This document shows, piece after piece, positions 34,555 to 47,499 of a stretch of 64,000 bases of DNA. The notes under the pieces are model-generated. The model worked only from the letters and a program-made list of their open reading frames with translations. It did no database searches and was not told where the DNA came from. The translations under genes were made by a program, and so were the position numbers. The stretch is from Macrostomum lignano (taxonomy: Eukaryota), in assembly GCA_002269645.1 (NCBI GenBank), contig NIVC01002631.1:90412-154411 (forward strand). The letters run 5' to 3'. The stretch's first letter is position 1; each line of letters begins with the position of its first letter.

Positions 34555-34935
34555 GGTTTTCGATTTTTCAGTCGGATACTCACTACGACTCGCTTTCCAA
34601 CTCTACTAGCCGCAGTTTTGGGGTGAGGGCCGTGAGGGGGTTATCGATTTTTTAGTCGGACCCTCACCGCGCCTCGCCTTCAACCCAACCAGCCCCAATT
34701 TTGGGGTGAGGGGTAAGGGGTTTTCGATTTTTCAGTCGGACCCTCACCGCGCCTCGCCTTCAACCCAACCAGCCCCAATTTTGGGGTGAGGGGGTCATCG
34801 ATTTTTCAGTCGGACCCTCACTGCGACCCGCCTTCCAACCCAACCAGCCCCAATTTTGGGGTGAGGGGTAAGGGGTTATCGATTTTTCAGTCGGACCCTC
34901 ACCGGCGCCTCGCTTTCCCAAGCCCACTAGCCGCA
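34555..34935. repeat. About 80-bp tandem repeat x5 in the divergent intergenic region
   Basis: CGATTTTT(C/T)AGTCGGA starts at 34561, 34645, 34725, 34799 and 34880. Confidence 0.85.
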
Positions 34936-35566
34936 ATTTTTTGCAATTTTGTCGTGGAGCGATTTTCTACTTATCAGCTCAATCCAGCCGGTGGCTTCAG
35001 CCACTGATGCTCTTTATTGATGTATGGATTGTCTGTTACGAGTATTTGTGGCGACACTTCACTTCTGGCTAAAAAAATTGTCTTCATCATAAAGTGCCTA
35101 ACCGCCTGTTTTTGACAGCAATAATTTTTTAACTCCTAAAAACAGTACAGAATACGTAATTAATCACCCATATTCGTACATTGAACAGCTATGCGCGCTG
35201 CCTCATGGATTTTTTGCGCCAATACAATACCAACCACCCACACCAGCAGAAGCATCGAATTCCCTACAGACCAGACTTGAAAGGGCTGGAATTGCACAGC
35301 ACTCTATCTATAGCTTTTCTCTCTCCTCTAGTTCCGCTTCCCCTCTTCTGTAACCTCTTAACTTCCCTGCCTGACCAGCCAGAGCGAGCCAGCTGCTATT
35401 TAACGAATTCCAGCCCCCCCCCCCTGGACGCACGCGAACATTCGAGCGTTTTTTCATAGGCCTCCCTTATCGAAGTGGAATCTTATCCTATACAGTATTC
35501 AATAAGGAACATTTACAGGATCTTCAGATAGTTTAGCGCAGTGCAGCGAACGCAAACTATTCAAAA

Positions 35567-36292
35567 ATGTTCAAGGACAAGCCGCTGCCACCGCCGCCGC
35601 CGCCTCCGCCGCTTCGTGTGAAATGCGTCGCTTTCGGAGACGTCGATTCCTGCAAGGCGTCGCTGTTAATCAGCCTGAGAGACGGTCCAAGCATCGCTGC
35701 CGCCGAGTCTGCGGAATCCACCGCCTCGCCAGTCTGCTGCGACGATTTTGTCATCCCGGTGCCGCCGCTGGCTCCCAGAGAGACCGACGGGTTGTTGAGT
35801 GTCGACGGGCCACCAGTGGAGATCCACCTGGTCGACACCAGCGGCCAGGAGAATCACGACCGCATCCGAGCGGGCTCGTACAGCGGGGCCGACGCTCTGT
35901 GGCTCTGCTTCTCCGTGATGCGACCGGACAGCCTGCACCGGCTTGAGACCGTCTGGATGCCGGAGCTCCTGAATGCGTCGCGCGAACTCGGCGCCCCGCT
36001 GGTGCTGGTGGGCACCATGTCCGACCAGCGCACCAACCCGGACGCCCTGCTGAAGCTGCGGCGCCGGGGTGAACACCGACGCCCATTGGACTCGGCCAGA
36101 GGCGCCGAGATTGCCGAGCGAGTGGGCGCGGTCGCCTACGTGGAGACGTCGGCGAGGACAGGGCGCGGACTGCGGCACCTGCTGAGGGTCACCGCGGCTG
36201 CGGCACTGCGGCAGCCACCGCCACCGCCAACGCCCTCATCTAGAACCGGCGGCGGAGGAACGGATACAAGCAGCGGATGTCAGGCGCTGTGA
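35567..36292 (+). CDS. Atypical intronless Rho/Rac-family small GTPase with CAAX box (241 aa)
   Basis: VKCVAFGD...LLISL, IHLVDTSGQENHDRIR..SY.GAD...LCFSV..PDSL....VWMPEL, PLVLVGT.SD.R, YVETSA, C-terminal CQAL. Confidence 0.88.
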   Translation: MFKDKPLPPPPPPPPLRVKCVAFGDVDSCKASLLISLRDGPSIAAAESAESTASPVCCDDFVIPVPPLAPRETDGLLSVDGPPVEIHLVDTSGQENHDRIRAGSYSGADALWLCFSVMRPDSLHRLETVWMPELLNASRELGAPLVLVGTMSDQRTNPDALLKLRRRGEHRRPLDSARGAEIAERVGAVAYVETSARTGRGLRHLLRVTAAAALRQPPPPPTPSSRTGGGGTDTSSGCQAL

Positions 36293-36804
36293 TGATGCAG
36301 TCGGGACCAAGAACACAGGCAGTAAGAGCTAGTAGCTAGCTAGGACATGTGCCGGTGCATTTCAAGAAGCACCAGCATCGCTTGCAGACATTTTCGTACA
36401 TTTTATAAAGTACACGGGCCGGGTTAGATAAGGAATGAATGATCGAAATGCTTTATAAAGTTGTCAATCTCACCGACACTAAATTTCATTGCCGTCAAAT
36501 GCCCATCTACCAGCCAATCTCATGTCATCCATCCAGTCCTTTAAAATTTCTGGAATTAATTTGAAAGCTCAATGTTGCTCTTATAAAACGGATCCCGAAG
36601 CGGTGAATTGGTAATTTCTCAATTCATCGTTTTGAATTTTCCATGGCTCGTATGCTAGTCGGATTTAAAATTCAACTCTTTAATATATCAAAATAATTAT
36701 GGGTGCCGGACATCAGAAAAGTACAGAGTTCTTATTTTTGCATAATGCATGCAGTGGCGTACGTAGGAATTTTAATTGGAGGGGCCGCAACAATGGGGGC
36801 GCCA

Positions 36805-37135
36805 ATATGTGGTCTCTTGGTGGGCGCCCCCTGTCTCTTGGTGGGTGCCCCCTTTTCTCTTGATGGGTGCCCCTTGTCTCTTGGTGGGTGCCCCCTTGTC
36901 TCTTGGTGGGTGCCCCCCTGTCTCTTGGTGGGTGCCCCCCTGTCTCTTGGTGGGTGCCCCCTTGTCTCTTGGTGGGTGCCCCCCTGTCTCTTGGTGGGTG
37001 CCCCCTTGTCTCTTGGTGGGTGCCCCCCTGTCTCTTGGTGGGTGCCCCCCTGTCTCTTGGTGGGTGCCCCCTGTCTCTTGGTGGGTGCCCCGTCTCTTGG
37101 TGGGTGCCCCCTGTCCCGTTGGTGGGCGTCCCTGT
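36805..37135. repeat. About 21-bp minisatellite following a CAGTGGCG hAT-MITE-like left end (36752)
   Basis: Unit GTCTCTTGGTGGGTGCCCCCT. The upstream CAGTGGCGTACGTAGGAATTTT resembles the TIR of the 51-239 MITE; no right TIR was found. Confidence 0.85.
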
Positions 37136-38054
37136 CCCCGTGTGGACGATGCCGCGGGCAAGAGCTGAGCTCCCGTCATTCATCGACATGGCCACACAGC
37201 ACACTTGTTTCCATAAGTTTTAGGTTGTTCCACACGCACGCCACAGTAGAATGCAAATTGCCTCAAATGGGGTTTTAACACACTCGCTGATAGTCTGTGG
37301 ACTGCCTTTGAAAATGTCAATCATATAGTCTGCAGTTACCTGGATGGACATAAATCTCATAATTATCAATTTAACGCTTGAATAAGTATTTAACTATCTT
37401 TGTTTATTTTCAATTCACATTCTGCTTGCCAGTGCGCCCGTTAAATGCTTCTGAATATAGTGAGCCGAATACCTGTACAGTTGACATTATGGATTGCAAA
37501 ATAATCAATAAATCAAAGACAAATCCACAACAACAGTTGCCTAGCTTAAAGATGTTATTATTAAAACAAAAACAACAAAGTATCATTAATTTTATTGTTA
37601 TTGCCAATTTGTGACTTTTAATTTGTTCCGAACCGACTGTAACTATAAATATGCAATAAAGCTTTATAAAAAGCAGACAATTTACCGAACTAAATTACCA
37701 AAATTTACTATAGAGTTGATTTAATAATAAAACTAACCACTAACAGAGAACCACTTTACGGTACATCAGATTACTAACAGTAGTCAATTGCGTATTACTC
37801 GTAGACACTGAATCAGAGAGGAACAATGGTTAAATATTATAATAGTTAAAAGAAAACAAAAGCAAGAGACACAGGTATAGTAAAAATATATTATTACAGC
37901 TAGTTTGGCAATGACTATGCATAAAGAAAAATTTATTACTGCTGTACTTTATCCGTTCTAATGTGTTGTAAGAAAAGAATTTAGAATTTAATTTAGAAAA
38001 AATGGTTCTGTTAATATAATTAAAAAACTATGCGTGGATACACAATGGGATCTG

Positions 38055-39005
38055 GGGATTTCTTTTCCTGTGAATTGGGGATTTCTATTCCTGTGAATTG
38101 CGGATTTCTATTCCTGTGAATTGCGGATTTCTATTCCTGTGAATTGGGGATTTCTATTCCTGTGAATTGGGGATTTCTATTCCTGTAAACTGGGCATTTC
38201 TATTCCTGTGAACTGGGGATTTCTATTCCTGTGAATTGGGGATTTCTATTCCTGTGAACTGGGAATTTCTATTCCTGTGAATTGGGGATTTCTATTCCTG
38301 TGAATTGGGGATTTCTATTCCTGTGAACTGGGGATTTCTATTCCTGTGAATTGGGGATTTCTATTCCTGTGAATTGCGGATTTCTATTCCTGTGAATTGC
38401 GGATTTCTATTCCTGTGAATTGCGGATTTCTATTCCTGTGAATTGCGGATTTCTATTCCTGTGAATTGGGGATTTCTATTCCTGTGAATTGGGGATTTCT
38501 ATTCCTGTGAATTGGGGATTTCTATTCCTGTGAATTGGGGATTTCTATTCCTGTGAATTGGGGATTTCTATTCCTGTGAATTGGGGATTTCTATTCCTGT
38601 GAATTGGGGATTTCTATTCCTGTGAATTGGGGATTTCTATTCCTGTGAATTGGGCATTTCTATTTCTGTGAATTGGGGATTTCTATTCCTGTGAATTGGG
38701 GATTTCTATTTCTGTGAATTGGGGATTTCTATTCCTGTGAATTGGGGATTTCTATTCCTGTAAACTGGGCATTTCTATTCCTGTGAATTGGGGATTTCTA
38801 TTCCTGTAAATTGGGGATTTCTATTCCTGTAAACTGGGCATTTCTATTCCTGTGAATTGGGGATTTCTATTCCTGTGAATTGGGGATTTCTATTCCTGTG
38901 AACTGGGGATTTCTATTCCTGTGAACTGGGGATTTCTATTCCTGTGAATTGCGGATTTCTATTTCTTTGAATTAGGGATTTCTATTTATGGGAAATTAGG
39001 GATTT
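38055..39005 (+). repeat. 23-bp minisatellite, about 41 copies, just 3' of DDOST
   Basis: Unit GGGGATTTCTATTCCTGTGAATT. Confidence 0.96.
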
Positions 39006-39129
39006 CTCAGGAATGTCAGGAATGTGGGGATTCGCACAGATTAACAAGGGCCCCAAAAATTAGTGAAAGAAAATTCTCAACTATACGATAACCAGTGTAT
39101 AAACTATCGAAAACAGTGCAGCCAGTCGG

Positions 39130-42100
39130 TCACTCCTTCTTCTTATGCTCGGCAGCTTCGTCTCGATGGTAGAGAAACACGAACGAGAACAGATACAGGC
39201 CAGCCATCATGCTGAAGGCGGATACATAGTAGGGATAGGCGGCCACAATGAACCGGTCGTATTGGGTGTGACGCAGAGGTCTCACGGACACCAGTGTAGA
39301 GCTGTGCAGTCCAGTCAGGCCTACCCTAGTGTAGTCCACCTTGAACTGGTAGACTCCGTACACGTCTGGCAGTTGGAACTCGGCTCGGAATGTGCCTTTA
39401 CCGTCAGAGCGAAGATTGGTGCGAACGAACGGGTCGATGCGGACGAACTCCAGCTGCACGTCCGAGCCCTGCAGTTTGAAACAGTTGCTTTTGGGTTTTA
39501 AATATACTGTCTATGCTGACACTGGGCCCCGCACAAGGGAACCGCAGCCTTTTCTCAGACTTACACACAACAGGGCTTCCGAGCTTTTCAAGGCTTCTTC
39601 GGCCATTTTCATGCCGCAATCCTTCAGAACCTCCCGACTTTTCAGGGCTTCAGGCTAGGTAAGGCTCCCTCCGGTTCTTCAGGTGAGGATGCCACAAGCC
39701 CTGAGACCCTCTGACTCTTCAGGTGAGGCTGCCACAAGCCCTGAGACCCTCCGACTCTTCAGGTGAGGCTGCCACAAGCCCCGAGACCCTCCTGTTCTTC
39801 AGGTGAGGCTGCCACAAGCCCTGAGACCCTCTAACTCTTCAGGTGAGGCTGCCACAAGCCCTGAGACCCTCTAACTCTTCAGGTGAGGCTGCCACAAGCC
39901 CTGAGACCCTCCAACTCTTCAGGTGAGGCTGCCACAAGCCCTGAGACCCTCTAACTCTTCAGGTGAGGCTGCCACAAGCCCTGAGACCCTCTGACTCTTC
40001 AGGTGAGGCTGCCACAAGCCCTGAGACCCTCCGACTCTTCAGGTGAGGCTGCCACAAGCCCTGAGACCCTCTAACTCTTCAGGTGAGGCTGCCACAAGCC
40101 CTGAGACCCTCCTGTTCTTCAGGTGAGGCTGCCACAAGCCCTGAGACCCTCTAACTCTTCAGGTGAGGCTGCCACAAGCCCTGAGACCCTCCTGTTCTTC
40201 AGGTGAGGCTGCCACAAGCCCTGAGACCCTCTGACTCTTCAGGTGAGGCTGCCACAAGCCCTGAGACCCTCCAACTCTTCAGGTGAGGCTGCCACAAGCC
40301 CTGAGACCCTCTAACTCTTCAGGTGAGGCTGCCACAAGCCCTGAGACCCTCTGACTCTTCAGGTGAGGCTGCCACAAGCCCTGAGACCCTCTGACTCTTC
40401 AGGTGAGGCTGCCACAAGCCCCGAGACCCTCCTGTTCTTCAGGTGAGGCTGCCACAAGCCCCGAGACCCTCCTGTTCTTCAGGTGAGGCTGCCACAAGCC
40501 CCGAGACCCTCCGGTTCTTCAGAGCTTCAGTCTGCAGCACCTCCCTTACCCTGAGAAGCACGCATATTAAATGGTAAAACAAAGCAGTCACCTGGAAAGG
40601 CTCCCAACGGCCGGTCTCGGGCTTGTAGATGTCAATAGTGATGGAGTACTGCACGCGATCCTTGACGGTGTAAAACTCTGGCGGGGCAGATTCACCGGCC
40701 AGGCTGTGCTTGACGTCACGGAATCGAAGTACGCCGCGCTGTTTGAACACCCACTGGGACAGGGACAGGGCCAGGTCCCGGTTGCCGCTCAACTGCGAAA
40801 TGCGATTGTTTGAGGATTTTTACAGCTAGTTTGAGGAGCAGATTAACAGACGGACAGGTTGGCTTAGAGAGTGGGTATATAAATGGGGAGTAAGGGTAGA
40901 GGGGATCTAGACAGGGAAAGAGTTTATTTCTATGGTAGAGAGCGGATCTACAAGGTTTGGAGCGGATCCGGGAGTAAGGGAACGCATCTGGAGAGAGCAG
41001 TTTGAGAGGGTTGGGGAGAGCATCTGGAGTGTAGAGAGGAGAGAGCAAATCCAGAGGATAGAGCGGCTCTAGTGGGTAGAGAGCGGATTCAGAAAAAATT
41101 GCGGATCTAGAGGGTAGAGAGCAGATCTGGAGAGTAGAGAGCAGATCTGGGGAGTAGAGAGCGGATCTGGGGAGTAGAGAGAGGATCTAGAGGGTAGAGA
41201 GCAGATCTGGAGGTAGAGAGAGGATGTGGAGGGTAGAAAGAGGATCTGGGGGGTAGAGAGAGGATTTAAAGGGTCTAAAATAATAAAATAACAGAAAAAA
41301 AAACTGTGAATGAGAGCAGATCTGGAGGTAGAGAGCGGATCTGGAGAGTAGAGAGCGGATACAAAGGTAGAGAGAGGATCTGGGGAGTAGAGAGCGGATC
41401 TGGAGAGTAGAGAGCGGATCTGGAGAGTAGAGGGCGGATCTGGAGAGTAGAGAGCGGATTTGAGGAGTATAGAGCGGATACAAAGGTAGAGAGAGGATCT
41501 GGGGAGTACAGAGCGGATCTGGGGAGTAGAGAGCGGATCTGGAGGGTAGAGAGCAGATCTGGAGAGTAGAGAGCAGATCTGGAGAGTAGAAGGCGGATCT
41601 GGAGGGTAGAGAGCAGATCTGGAGAGTAGAAGGCGGATCTGGAGGGTAGAGAGCAGATCTGGAGAGTAGAGAGCAGATCTGGAGAGTAGAAGGCGGATCT
41701 GGAGGGTAGAGAGCAGATCTGGAGAGTAGAGAGTAGATCTGGAGAGTAGAAGGCGGATCTGGAGGGTAGAGAGCAGATCTGGAGAGTAGAGAGCAGATCT
41801 GGAGAGTAGAAGGCGGATCTGGAGGGTAGAGAGCGGATCCAGAAGGTAGAGAGCGGATCTAGAGGTAGAGAGGGCCTGGTCAACGGGAGAAAATCTACAC
41901 TCAAGGGTTAGCTAGCTTAGATAAAGGGCAGGCAGTCAGGTAGTCAGGCAGGACTACAAACCTCGGAAGCGGCAATACCAGAAGCGGCGGCGTCGGCGGG
42001 CTCCACAGCGGCTCCGAAGAATTCGTCGGAGAAGAATTCCAGCGAGCCAACAAAAACGGCCCGGGCATTGTTGCGAGCCTGCAGGCCGGCAATAAGCAGA

Positions 42101-45100
42101 GCGGCCTGGCCAACAGCATTGGGATAATCGTCAATCGATCGCTCGGGATTGAAACTGTAGGCGGTGCTGTCGGCGTGCAGAATAGGCAGCACTAGGGGAT
42201 TAGCGGAATCGGCTGTCATGGCAACTCCGCGATAGAGCAGCGGCTTCAAGCTGGCCTTGGCATTGTCCCCGATAATGATGGGAGCGTCCAGCAGGTTGCG
42301 CTTGTCCGCGATGACCAGAGTGTGCCGGCCAGTGTCCTTGGCGTCGTAGCGCAGATGGTCGATCAGGGCGGTCTTCTCTTCGTCGTATTCGACTCCGCAT
42401 TCGGCCGCGAGTTCGCGCACGGCCTCGCCGATGCTGGAGCTGCCAGCCACTAGTAGGTTGCCGCCGTTGTCAACGAAGTCGGTGATGGCGGGAGTGTTCA
42501 GCTTGCCGCCGAACTCTGCCATTGTGGGGCGTGGTGGGAGCATGTTGGTGAGCTGCTGTCTGGGGTGACCTTTAGATGAGATCTGAAGGCTTTTGTGACC
42601 TCTAGATGAGATCTACTAGCTTGGGTGACCTCTAGATGAGATCTGCTAGCTTGGGTGACCTCTAAATGAAATTTGCTAGCTTGGGTGACCTCTAGATGAG
42701 ATCTGCTAGCTTGGGTGACCTCTAGATGAGATCTGCTAGCTTGGGTGACCTCTAAATGAAATTTGCTAGCTTGGGTGACCTCTAAATGAAATTTGCTAGC
42801 TTGGGTGACCTCTAAATGAGATCTGCTAGCTTGGGTGACCTCTAGATGAGATCTGCTAGCTTGGGTGACCTCTAGATGTGATCTGCTAGCTTGGGTGACC
42901 TCTAAATGAAATCTGCCAGCTTGGGTGACCTCTAGATGTGATCTGCTAGCTTGGGTGACCTCTAAATGAAATCTGCCAGCTTGGGTGACCTCTAGATGAG
43001 ATCTGCTAGCTTGGGTGACCTCTAGATGTGATCTGCTAGCTTGGGTGACCTCTAAATGAAATCTGCTAGCTTGGGTGACCTTTAGATAAGATTTGCGAGT
43101 TTGGGTGACCGTTAGATGAGATATGATAGCTGGGATGACCTCTAGATGAAATCTATGAGCTTTGGTGACCTCTTGATGAGATTTGCGAGCTGGGATGACC
43201 TCTAGAGTCTAAATCATGAGATCTGCTAGCTCAGAAAACTTTAACAATGATATTCAGAGAAAAATTGCATTAACAATATAAAATTGACTAATTTCAGAGT
43301 GCAAAACAATAAATTACCTCGAACAGAAGGGGCAAAGATGATCAAGTTGTCATAGAGAAACTCGCCATATTTAGTCAAAGTAAGGGTAGAGTCGTCAGCA
43401 GTTCGGAATGACAGCTCAAAGCCATTATCTACAATTGGAAATGTTAAATAAACCAATATGTAAGTTAAATGATTATTTCTAGATCTTTTAAATAATAAAA
43501 GCTTTAATAAAAGGATGATATGAAACAAAAAAATAATGTTTTCATGTTATAAATGTACCCATGCAAGGAAAGAATCCTTTTTAGCCTTTTGGGTTGATTT
43601 TTCTCTAAAATGTGTAAGTCTAAACTAAATTCTAAATGCTTTTTATATTTACTTAAATAAACCCTTGTAATACTAATAATAATAATAACTGATTATACTT
43701 GTTCTAATAGGCAGATAACCTGTTTTGTAGATTTTAAGCTTCATATTTTGGTATTAAGTACAATAATTCAAGTCCTTGAGTGGTACAATATCAATTATTT
43801 TTGGGTGTTTCTTGTTATGTGATAACTTTAAATACAAGCAATTTAGACAAAGAACTAAATGTTGATTTAAAAATAACAAACTAACATTTCTTTAATATTT
43901 TTTATTGAAATAATCCTGATTAAATAGTAAACATAGAATAAAATATGCATGTTAACCATAAATAATAAAGAAAACTTGCATTATTTGACAATTTTGGTCA
44001 TTTTATTTCCTGTTGCAAAAAATAGCAAATTGCTAGATTTTGTCTTAAATATTTGGTTTCTTGTGGCTTTAATGGCAGTTTTTTTATTAAATTGACAAAA
44101 TAATTTTTTTTGCAAAATAATTACTATATTCAAAAACAGTCAGTCAATTTATGTGCGCACTAATTAGATAACGAGACATTTTTGTAAATTAAAAGAGTCA
44201 TAGTTACTCCCGCCATTTACTTTACACTTTTTGCTTACATTCGGAAACATTCGGATTCGGATTCAGTTTCGGAAACTTGCAAAAATCCACATTTGGTCCA
44301 TTACTAGCACAGACATGGCGCATAGATAGTGCAAAGATGGCGCACAAATGGTGCATAGACAGCACATAGACAATGCATAGATTTTCCCAAAAAAAATTCT
44401 GACACATACTATGCCACCTTTCTAACTATAGATTTTGCCATAGGATCCCATAGCTATAGTTACAGCTATGGCGGAATACTACTAATTATAATTACCATTA
44501 ATATAAAAGATATTCAAAAAATCTGAAAATAAAGGATTTTCTTAGGAAATCTAAAGAATACAAAAGACCATTTTTAATGTATGACAATGTGAATTAGTTT
44601 CTCTTGTGCGGATTCTACCTAGACCAGAAGTGCTTTGGTAACTTTTTATATTAGATAACAAAGTGACACTTTGTTGTTTTACTTTTATTTTTATTATTGA
44701 ATATCAACACTGGGTAGTAACCCATTATTTAAAATTTGTAATTCTATAATGATGAGCAAGCCTGATGAGTAGGTCTTTAAAACAATATCATAAAATGTAG
44801 TAATATATCTTTCTTATAAAAATATTAGAACTTCTGTAACAGAAAATATTTATGCCTGGGATAAACAGAGCCTAACTTAAAATTAAACTTCAATTTTTCT
44901 TCATAGGCATGATAGGCAAGCCTGTTGATTTATTTTAGGACCATTTCAATTATTACCAGGTAGGCCTAACAGGCCTATTTTTTGGCTGCAAGCAAAATTA
45001 CATGTAAAAACATTAGTTAGTTCTAACTATTCAGAAGATATAATCAGTATGTTCGACTGACAAAAATGAAAAATCAAACCCTCATTTCGATTAAGTTTTG

Positions 45101-45262
45101 TCGATATACTAAGAATAAAAGCTTACCTCGGAGCAATTTGAAATATTGAGAGAAAGATTCACGGAACGAAAGATTCTCTAGAAGCACAAGAGTTCTTTTA
45201 GTGGTGCATAGTGCCAAAGGCATACACACCAAAAAAACGATGGCAAAGAAGGAAACTCTCAT
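39130..45262 (-). CDS. DDOST: Oligosaccharyltransferase 48-kDa subunit (OST48/Wbp1), 5 exons, 446 aa
   Basis: Exons 45262-45127, 43428-43318, 42515-41962, 40792-40592, 39468-39130 (1341 nt). Signal peptide; [14 protein letters not shown]; [13 protein letters not shown]; [23 protein letters not shown]; LEFVRIDPF; [18 protein letters not shown]; C-terminal TM with a KKE ending. Confidence 0.96.
39672..40520 (+). repeat. 40-bp minisatellite, about 21 copies (DDOST intron 4)
   Basis: Unit TTCAGGTGAGGCTGCCACAAGCCCTGAGACCCTCTAACTC. Confidence 0.96.
40870..41880 (+). repeat. 20-bp purine-rich minisatellite (DDOST intron 3)
   Basis: Unit GAGAGCAGATCTGGAGAGTA, degenerate toward 40870. Confidence 0.92.
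42560..43235 (+). repeat. 30-bp minisatellite, about 22 copies (DDOST intron 2)
   Basis: Unit GGTGACCTCTAGATGAGATCTGCTAGCTTG. Confidence 0.95.
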
Positions 45263-46150
45263 ACTTTTATTAAGAATTTCAGATATCAATCCGATTGGCG
45301 ATGTGCAAGAATGAATGCAAAGAATAAGGACCTCGGGATAGATAAAATTAATATAATAAAAAAATGGCAACGTAGCAAATCAGATTCGAATCATACTATT
45401 TTGTGCAATCCTTTTCAATTTTATACTAATTCTAATTTTCTGCTACAATTTTACATTTGTTTTTACTGCAAGAATGATAGTTTTTTGTTTTGCTAAACTA
45501 TTTGCTAATACAATTTGTTTAACAGGTTACCACGTGTAGAATTTTCATTTGGCAGCGGTTTTCAAAATTGAAAACTGGTCCTATAGATATGTATTGTTAG
45601 AACTTGAATTTAACAACACTCGATCTGGATCTGCTGCAACTTTATCCACATGTCAAATGTCTGATCCATCCTTATTTTGCTTGATAGATGGTAAATGTAT
45701 GATAAAACTTCGATTTATCAACAAAAAAATCAGATTAATGGACAAATTGACCGCCAAGTGAAAAATTGCGCCCAAAATGCATGTGGCCATATACCTGCAT
45801 GTGCTACTACACTCGCGCCAACACGCACTTCTAAACAACTTGTTCACATTTTTAACACACTCGAACGATCATTACCCTCTAACTGCAAGGCGCAAACAGG
45901 GAAGACTTTGTATAGTATTTATTATTTTCATGCAGTGAATTTTCATGCCACACTGGCATAGTAGTGAATTTCCTTCAAATAAAATCAAAGTCAAACGTGG
46001 TTAATCTTAAAGTTCCAAGTATCTCTCCGAATTGAAATTAAATATTGCATGATTTTTTCTCAGCGAACATTACAATGCGTCTTTTTGTGCTTTCAAGTCC
46101 CAACATAAAAGTTCAAAATCTCGAGTAAAAATAGTCTGATAAATCTATCA

Positions 46151-47499
46151 TCAGCCATGCAGCATCTCGAGTTTCCAGTCCTCTGAGTTCTTCTCAAACT
46201 CGTCCGTGTGCTTGTTGTGGTTGACGATCTCCCATTTCTTCATCCACGGACCGGACATGAGGATGTTGAACTCGTCGGCTGCGCTATCGTCCCAGGCCAT
46301 GGACTCCAGCTGGGCTCTGTTCCGGTCCACAGAGTCGAAGCTGTCCCAGTCTGGCCGGAAGTCCGGCTCCCCGTGGCGGCGCACCTCACAGGTGGGTTTG
46401 AGGCCGAACAAGCCAGCCGGGGTGCCCGTGCGCTGCCAGCGGAAGTCGATGGACCAGCGCACCACGTCCGAGCGGTTGTTGAGGCTCCGGTGCGGTGTGA
46501 AGTTGTTGAACAGCAGGAAAGAGCCGTACGGCACGTCAAGAGTCACGGGGTCCTTGGCCATGTCCACGCCGAACTCTTTCTCGATGGTATCCTCGTCCAG
46601 GTCTGTACCAGGTGGGCCCGGCGCAGCAGGTGTGCTTGGCGATGTAGCCGTCCCGGTGGCAGCCCGGCACCATCTGCAGGGTGCCGTTCTGCTCGTTGGC
46701 GTCCAGCAGCGGCACCCAGGCGGTGACGACGAGCGCGTTGTACGACTCCACGTCTAAGTAGCCGCTGTCCTGATGCCAGGGCACCGTGCTGGCAGCGTTG
46801 TTTGGCGTCTTGGTGCGCAGGTTCCACACCGGGTTGAAGGAGATGTTCGGGCCGACGATGTCTTCGAGGAGGTTCAGCATTCGCTCGTGAGCGGCAATGG
46901 CCCGGAACGAGGGCGGCAGGTTGGGCGTCATTTTGAGCAGCACTATGTTGGCACCGGGGAAGTCGCGCTCGATGGCGCAAAGGCGGTAGTAGAATCCGAG
47001 GCCCTTGTGCTTGTCTGGCGTGGGTAGAGCGACACGAGTTTCTTTGAATTTTTAACATTCAATTATAGCTAATCAAGGATAAACACACTGTAAACCTGCT
47101 GAGTTGCTGATATCGGCTGATCTCGAAAACTAACTGCTTTGATCATACCGACAGAGGGTTTAAACCAGCTGCCTTTGATCATGCCGACAGCCACGGAGCA
47201 TCAATACCACCACAACCGCCATCATTGATGGCATCGCCAGTCAAATCACCTTTAATCTTGCCGGCATTGTACAGTTTGTCTGCCAGCTCCGAGACTTTCG
47301 CCGCAATGTCAACCTTCAGGGCGTCCAGCTCCTCTTTGGCGAAGAAGTCTCGCACCAGGGTGAAGCCTCGGGTGTAGAATTCGTCCAGCTGTGCCCGACT
47401 CAGCTGACCCGGCTTGTTGCCTTTGGCCGGCCGCTCCTTGAACAGCTCGGGGTGCCGCTCAGCCGTGTAGCCTGCTGGACTCCTTTCTTGACTCGTCAT
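46151..47499 (-). CDS. Phytanoyl-CoA dioxygenase (PhyH)-family 2OG/Fe(II) oxygenase, 2 exons, one apparent frameshift near 46605
   Basis: Exons 47499-47250 and 47014-46151. QLDEFYTRGF (typical N-terminal motif), PWHQDSGY (HxD), VTAWVPLLDANEQNGTLQMVPG.H, FTPHRSLNN (distal His), RWSIDFRW. The frame switches at TGGTAC-A-GACCTG. Confidence 0.88.

Noticed and set aside
42560-43235. Repeated TGACCT nuclear-receptor half-sites in the DDOST intron 2 array
   Set aside because: Single half-sites at 30-bp spacing do not form a recognised DR, IR or ER element, and a hexamer is expected by chance among this many arrays.
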